DNA from: Octopus vulgaris
Lineage: Eukaryota
Direction: 5' to 3'
Assembly (NCBI GenBank): GCA_951406725.2
Contig: OX597819.1
Location: 66,588,001 to 66,652,000, forward strand
Length of the DNA stretch: 64,000 nucleotides
The notes beneath the pieces are model-generated. The model saw only the letters and a program-made list of their open reading frames with translations. It ran no database searches and was not told the DNA's origin. Below are positions 56,288 to 64,000 of this stretch, one piece after another. Position numbers and translations under genes: made by a program. Positions within the stretch are counted from its first letter, which is position 1, and every line of letters starts with the position of its first letter.

Positions 56288-57615
56288 GATCTGTTTTGTA
56301 TTTCGTTCATTGGATTACGTCCATGCTATAATATCGCCTTGAAGTGTTGAAATGTTCAGTTGAAAGACATATATGAATAGGAGGGAGAGGGCTGGGAGAA
56401 ACATGCAACTGTAGAAACATTATAGGATCAACCATCAAAATATGTCAGCGTCTTATTAAGGATGCCGGATATGCACCCTCAATATGGCCCTACCAAAACG
56501 CCTCATGTGCTCGAACCGACGCGAAATGTTACACGTGTATAACAAAAAAATATAATGAAAATTGTTGCAAAGGAAGATGTAAGATATAATAACATGCTTT
56601 AGTCGTGTATGAAAATGTTATTTCTCAATCGTGAGGTAATAATGGATAGCAATGTTCGAGTTAATGTTTCACTGTAATTAGGAGCTTTTGCAACACACTG
56701 TTACATTTCATTACAAGTAACATTACAGCTCATATTCCGAATATTTGCTCGAGTCACACTAAACATATAATGAATTGTTCGTCTGATAGAAATATTTTAG
56801 CTTATCTTACCGTCGTTCTTAACACAGTTCTTCAACGACAGAGCATAGTGTTGTGTTATGGAGGTATTATTTTAATGGTTATTTGAATGGCATTTTTGAA
56901 AATGGACTAAAAAGTACGATATATGTAAAAAAGATTAATCAGTAGAATTTATTTACTGAGGATTTTCATGTTCAACAACTATAGAAAGAAAATACGTATT
57001 TGACAGTCAAACTATTGAAGAATATCAGGAAAACGCCTTTATTTATCCCCAAGGATCATCCAGATAATAATTGTTACATGACTGATGAAAATGAAATTGT
57101 GGAAACGGCAATCGAGTATTATAAGTGAGAGACTATAAGAAGAGTAAACTCCAAAACGAAATAAGTAAAAAAATAAGTAAAAAAAGAAAAAAAAAACAAA
57201 TATGATACTCTTTTTTTTTTCTAAAAAAGCCACAACAACATCTCAGAGATCAGATCTAGGAGGTTAACTTAAATGGGAACAGAAAGAATCTTAGAAGCAA
57301 TGCATCTATTCTTTTGATTAAAAGGTTTGAGAATTAGGATGCCATAATTCAAGAATTTAGCAATAAGTAGTTGTGTGTCCTTACTGCATTTGTTGCTGCA
57401 GTTATTATAAGCATGAACCTAACTACTATAATCAATAGAATAGTTTGTTTCCTGATTGCTATGCATAGATTAGATTATGGAGGCGTTAGTTCCAAAATAT
57501 TTAGTTAGGTTTATCGGAAAAACCTTGTGTTTGATAGCCTGGGGTCCGAAAAAAATCATGTAAATGTTAATCATTCCATTACCATTATTATTCTTTTCTT
57601 TCTATTTCTATAACA

Positions 57616-57830
57616 CGGCGAGCTGGCAGAAACGTTCGCATGCCGGGCGAAATGCTTAGCGTTTATCGTCTATCTTTACGTTCTGAGTTGAATTTTCGCC
57701 GAGGTCGACTTTGCTTTTCATACTTTCGGGATCAATAAATTAAGAACCAGTTGCGTACTGGGGTCGATCTAATCGACTGCCTCCCTTTCCCAAAATTTCG
57801 GCCGTTGTGCCTATATTAGAAAAGATTATT
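57616..57830 (+). mobile_element. SINE family C
   Basis: cggcgagctggcagaaacgttcgcatgccgggcgaaatgcttagc...gaggtcgactttgc. Confidence 0.85.
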
Positions 57831-59389
57831 GTTTATTTTCTATTGAGGCCTTAAGGTTAATGTAAAATAAGGTTTTCTAATTTAGACACAATGCCAACGA
57901 ACTTGAGGAAATGGTATATTTGATACTGTCGACCCTTGCTTCTGCCAGATGGAGCAATAAGAGACAACTTCTGACAGATGATATGTTAGTCTATTTATTT
58001 GTTATACACATGAAAGTGCATAGCACAGACATTATTCTGTTAAAGTCTTGACTGTACGTTTGAGAGTTCTATTCCTGACCTAGTGGGGCGCAGGTGAGGT
58101 TTCGCTTTGTGCGAGGATCGCATTTTACGATGTTCCTGGAAAAGCTTAGAAACTTAGTGCTTCTGCCAATTTGGCTCCCTCCGAGTTCGGAATATTGTCT
58201 GCCTCAGTTCGTGATTACAGAGACATCCAGTATACACTTAATATATACAATTATGTTACCTGGCACATTTGAATATGAATCACGGTTATATCTTATCTTT
58301 GTCTATAAGATTCTTTATAAATCTCTTCTCGATTGAGTTGACTCAGTGCAGATTCCAATGCATGGAACAATCCCAGCATACCGAGAGTTTCCGATATATC
58401 TCAGATAAAAGGATGTTACGCACCTGCAGGTTTGCATTCACCTGGAAATAAAACTCATCTTTGTGTTACTGTGTAACTTTGTGAACATGAATGTATTAAA
58501 GTAAACGTGCGTAAAATATTTTGAATTACAAACTATATTTCAATGAGTATATGAGTTGACCTTATCGAACAAGTGGAACAATCTTAGCGAAATGGAAGCG
58601 GAAGCTGATTATTATTGATATCTTTGTAACGTATTCTTGACAAAGAGCTGAAGTGAAACAATGTAAAATAAAGTATCACACTCCGAAACCTATCACGATG
58701 ATGTCAATGGATTTTTAAAACTCATAACCAATGGTTAGGCAATAACAGCGTCTCAGACACACAGCTTTCATCATTGTTAGAGTTACACAAGCACACATAC
58801 GGACAGATAATGCATACAAAGCCATCTTGGTCAATGAAGATATTGGCTTAATTTAAATCTTTCCAAAATTGCTGATGCAAGAACAGATATATTTACGACG
58901 GCAAATTCACGACTGTAAAACTTACATAAACTCTACTGTTTATAACAGTTATGTTGCTACACAACTAGATGGAAGGCAATACCAATATAAAATAGCGTTA
59001 ATATAAGAAATTCTGCCAAGATCAACATTCTCACCTAAAAATTTCTTTCATATTAATATATTAAATTGGCTTTACGCCTAAGAGAAAAATTATATTAATG
59101 TCTTCGTCACATTTTCTCCTGTAAGGTATACATTTAATTAGCAATAGGACATTGCGAAATGACTTGGAGAAATGACTCACTCCCACACTACCCCAATTCA
59201 TCCTCCTCTCTCTCTCTCTCTCTTTCACTTATATGCACATATTCAATTTTTCTTTCTCTGTTTCTAGTCAATGTAACTCGCGTCGATTTTAAATTAATTG
59301 TGTTTATGCATACATAGATACATACATAACACACACATACACACACACATTTAAATATATATATATATATATGCACATAATTAGGTATA

Positions 59390-59436
<47 letters not shown>

Positions 59437-59721
59437 GCATACATATATACTTATGTATATGCATGTCTATATACATACACACCCATATGTATATATATTT
59501 ATTTATATGAATATAACAACCGGTCTACCCACGTATTCATCTATCACCACATATGCATAATATATATGTATGCATAATTTTATGTGAATGTGTGCACGCA
59601 CCTGTAGATACATTGACATCCATATAAACATATAATACATAACCACAAGATTTACAGACACAGATATCGACCTATATATACATGCATATGCATATCCATA
59701 TATGTATGCACGCATTCTACG

Positions 59722-59739
59722 CTCTCTCTCCCTCCCTCT

Positions 59740-59791
<52 letters not shown>

Positions 59792-59885
59792 GAAGCTTTG
59801 TGTGTATATATGTATTTGTATCAATCAATCAATCTATGAATATATCTATCCACCCATATAACCATCTCTCTCTCCTTCTCTCCCT

Positions 59886-59940
<55 letters not shown>

Positions 59941-60013
59941 CACGAAGCTTTGTGTGTATATATGTATTTGTATCAATCAATGAATCTATGAATATATCTA
60001 TCCGCCCATATAA

Positions 60014-60058
<45 letters not shown>
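59722..60058 (+). repeat. Tandem duplication of a microsatellite-containing ~155-bp unit
   Basis: tacacgaagctttgtgtgtatatatgtatttgtatcaatcaat...cccatataaccatctctctc occurs twice. Confidence 0.85.
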
Positions 60059-60099
<41 letters not shown>

Positions 60100-60335
60100 T
60101 AATACAAACAAACGGACATATATAATTAAATGAACCAAGTGTAAATGAAGTTAACATATACAGTTTGTTTGAGAAATGACCTGAATGTGTAACTTTTCGT
60201 GTGTGTGATTCCTCGTTGGTTTGCTTACGTCTGTGGAAGTGTATATATATATATATGTATGTATGTATGTATGAGCAGCTTTTGTACACACATACACATA
60301 TACACATATATACGTGTGTGTTCATGTGCGTAAAT

Positions 60336-60373
<38 letters not shown>

Positions 60374-60434
60374 TTCTGTATACAAATACGTAAATATATA
60401 TACTTATATATTTATACAAATACATATGTACTTC

Positions 60435-60466
<32 letters not shown>

Positions 60467-60492
60467 CATATATGGATGTATATATATGTATG

Positions 60493-60555
<63 letters not shown>

Positions 60556-61227
60556 ACACACACACACACATATATAGATATATATAATAATTATTGTACA
60601 ATATGATATATTTTAGGTTACGAATTTATAACTGCCACGATCTTTTCTCTATTTCTTCTGCAAAGCCAATCAAATTTGAAAGTATTCTCACCAAGTGGGG
60701 TAACATAATCGGAAATCAAAACGATTGTAGTCACATGCTTGCTAACGCTTTGATAAACATGACCATAAAACGCACATGTTGTAAGTAATGAGATATTTTG
60801 TATTCATGGGAGTGGTAACTCCTTTTAATATTGAAGAGAGATAAAACGGTTAAGCAAAATTCAGGCTGGTATCTTGAAATTCTAACCGCGCATTTATTAT
60901 CCAGTTTTAGGTTTTATTCTTATTTTAATATAGTGGGAATAATGTATGATGCCACACACAAGTATCACATGGTGATCTGCTTCATAAAGTGTGCTCCAGC
61001 ATGGCCACAGTCAAATGACTGAAACAAGTAAAAGAGTAAAAGAGTATAATAAAAATGTGAGAGAATTGTGGAAAAAACAGTACAATTCTAGTTATGTAGC
61101 GTTTCGTCTTGTGTTCTACGAATCGTCGGCATAAGAAACCGATAAGAGAAGTACCAAACTAAATATATGTACTAAGGTCGATTTGTTCCACAGTCTATTG
61201 GCTGGAACAACATGTGAGTGAGTATTT

Positions 61228-61260
<33 letters not shown>

Positions 61261-61264
61261 ACAT

Positions 61265-61457
61265 AGGTATTTCGTTCACGTTACGTTCTGAATTCAAATT
61301 CCGCCGAGTTCGACTTTGCCTTTCATTCTTTCGGGGTCGATAAATTAAGTGCCAGTTACGCACTGGGGTCGATATAATCGACTTAATCCGTTTGTCTGAC
61401 CTTGTTTGTCTCCTCTGTGTTTAGCCCCTTGCGGGTAGTAAAGAAATAGGTATTTCG
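61265..61457 (+). mobile_element. SINE family C, 5'-truncated
   Basis: Matches 62140-62330; taggtatttcgt at both ends. Confidence 0.8.
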
Positions 61458-62091
61458 TGTGTGTGTGTGTGTAAATGTTGAATGTGGAGTCAGATATCGT
61501 TAGAGTATGCAGGGGTCGTATGGGCTATCTACTATCATAAAACTATTGTTCTTCTCCGTCACGGCATATAAATGAGAAAGGAAGGGCTAATATTTGAATA
61601 AGGAAGAAATGGTGATGTGCGGATGGTAAACTCCTCGTGGGACCGTTTCAACTCTGTGTTAGTATATGTGAGTATGTGTGTGCAAGTACAAGGGTAATTA
61701 TGTGAATGTATGTGTGGACCAGGGTTCTTTCAGTAACAAACTGTGATCGATGTCATATCTCAAAAGACAACCACTAGATGAAATTTAAGGTGCATTTATT
61801 TAATTTAACATCCATATTTATATATAAATTACTACAATTAGCCGTCATTTTCGACAGCACATCTCACTTAGTCATTATATAAATCATATGACGCAACAGA
61901 TGCCTAATACCCTGATTATTCGTGGTTCACCGTTTTCCAAATGTTAATGTATGCATGTCAGTGTGTGTGTGTGTGTATGTGTGTGTGTGTGTGTGTGTGT
62001 GTCCCCATGTGAGATTGCAATGTGATATTTTTTAGTTTATGACTTAAGTAATTCAGTTATACAGAATTGTAACAGAAAGATAATACTGTAA

Positions 62092-62445
62092 GGTGGTGAG
62101 CTGGCAGAAACTTTAGCACGCTGGGCGAAATGCTTAGCAGTATTTCGCCTGTCTTTACGTTCTGAGTTCAAATTCCGCCGAGGTCGACTTTGCCATTCAT
62201 CTTTTCGGAGGCGATTAAATAAGTATCAGTTACGCACTGGGACCGATGTAATCGACTTAATCCGTTTGTCTGTCCTTGTTTGTCTCCTCTGTGTTTAGCC
62301 ACTTGTGGGTAGTAAAGAAATAGGTATTTCGTCTGTCGTTACATTCTGGGTTCAAATTCTGCCAAGGTCGACTTTGCTTTTCATCCTTTCGGGGTCGTAT
62401 GCACTGGAGTCTATGGTAATCGACTAGCCTCCTTCTCCAAATAAT
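62092..62445 (+). mobile_element. SINE family C with partial tandem second unit
   Basis: ggtggtgagctggcagaaac head; body block repeated from ~62325. Confidence 0.85.
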
Positions 62446-62571
62446 TTTGTGTATCTTTATTCAAGTGTCTATATTTCTGAGATTACCGTTAAAGAACTGG
62501 TGTTGGTGTGTGTACGACCACATAAATTACAAACACGCACACACAGAGCCACACGCGCGCACACACAGATG

Positions 62572-62654
<83 letters not shown>

Positions 62655-63462
62655 TATATGTATATATATATGACGGGTTTCTTTCAGTTTTCGTCTACCA
62701 AATCCAGCCACAGAATAAGCGTTTGGTGTAGATATCGATAAAAGGAACTGAGACACAGATAAGGCGCTGCAGCATAAACGTAAGCGGATTTGAAACCTGT
62801 AAAATAATTAAACAAAATGGTTCTTGATTTTAAACAATATGGAATTCTTATACACATATATACGTGTGTGTGTATGTGTGTAAGTATGTGGACAAAGGTT
62901 GGCTCTCCGACGTTTTCCTCAATCTATTCCCATATGTTGTACATATTTGAACAGTAAATCCACCATTTTGAAAACAGTGCCATGGGTTCTTTTATAGCAT
63001 TTCTTTACATTTTGGATATATTAGGATTGAATTTTATTTCCATTACATTCATTTCAAAATTATAATTGGTCTCCAATTGATTTGTCTCTCCTCCTTTTAC
63101 CGTTGAACATTTTATTGTTTCATATATACTGTCTACGTGTATATTTCTGTCCATTATATTTATAACATTATATTACTCGTAAATACCAGATTGTTATACA
63201 TTAATATAGTTCAGTGAATATTAGCTAGAATTCTGTTTTACAAATCCATTTAATATTAGTGTATATTTTCCGACTGTATTTTTCAATACTTTCTCTCGTA
63301 ATGTCTATTTCTGCCTGATCAATCACATCTCTCGCTAGAACTGTTCAATACAAAACATCTCAAATCAGTGCAATTTATTGCTATTTTATTCAAATATATG
63401 AACAATTAATACATAAATACAGCCATCCCTATACATGCACACACACACACACACACATACAC

Positions 63463-63511
<49 letters not shown>

Positions 63512-63825
63512 AGCATTTATCTATCTAGGTTCTATCTATCTATCTCTCTGTCTATCTATCTATCTATATATATAACATTCATTTGGCTTGACAGTTCCCA
63601 CTTTCCTTGACTTTGCCTCTAATATCAAAGTATCAGAGAAAGGTTAATATTCGATATATTACGGTCATGGTAAATATATTATTGCGTGAGAATGGTTAAG
63701 GAATTTGGTTCGTCATCCTGTATTCCTCAGTGTATGACATTTCATGGCATCTTCTGCAAGCATGTTAACTCGACTCGCGATTTGCTTATTGAACATTCAG
63801 CCATTTTGCACGTTACGATCATGAT

Positions 63826-64000
63826 GTTAAGCATGGTCATTACTATCGTCAATGTGGTCACAGTTGCCATCATCATCATCATCATCATCATCATTGTCGT
63901 CGTCGTCGCCGTCGCCACTATCATCATCACCACCACCTCTACCACTACCACCATCGTTATCATCATCATCATCATTATTCCCATCATCACTACTAATACC
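63826..64000. repeat. (CAT)n/(GTC)n/(CAC)n low-complexity tract
   Basis: Directly visible. Confidence 0.9.

Noticed and set aside
61092-61134. Minus-strand TTATG-CCGACGA...GAAAC-G-CTA-CATAA hammerhead look-alike
   Set aside because: Both ends correspond to the family B SINE segment tagcggttcgg...gaccgata; stems II and III are irregular, so chance is more likely.

Overview
AT-rich, microsatellite-saturated eukaryotic DNA with no recognisable intact host protein-coding gene. The SINE families and the (TA)n/(CA)n/(TATC)n load look like an octopus (coleoid cephalopod) intergenic or intronic region; this is inferred from repeat content. Most ORFs in the track are microsatellite artefacts (YIYI, THTH, LSIY). 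Protein-like sequence comes only from decayed transposons: a CR1-type RT (~29.6-31.4 kb), a near-intact Penelope-like (PLE) RT fragment (53.3-53.9 kb), L1/Tx1 ORF1 and ORF2 pieces, R4/Dong and RTE pieces, a non-LTR RNase H and an internally deleted Tc1/mariner. There are also many tRNA-derived SINEs, MITEs and Helitron-like ends. The main hidden signal is a set of hammerhead ribozymes (HHRs): six well-formed type-I motifs and several decayed ones, in at least five sequence contexts, all with self-complementary stem III. Three of them, possibly four, lie just downstream of a long stem-loop. Several sit in fold-back elements inserted in (TA)n, including a ~1.2 kb palindrome with one HHR per arm. 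In one fold-back copy the inversion breakpoint falls within 2 nt of the ribozyme cleavage site predicted from its sister copy. PLE-associated minimal HHRs are known; the hairpin-plus-HHR module and the breakpoint coincidence are what most merit checking. All coordinates were read by eye, and element boundaries are approximate.
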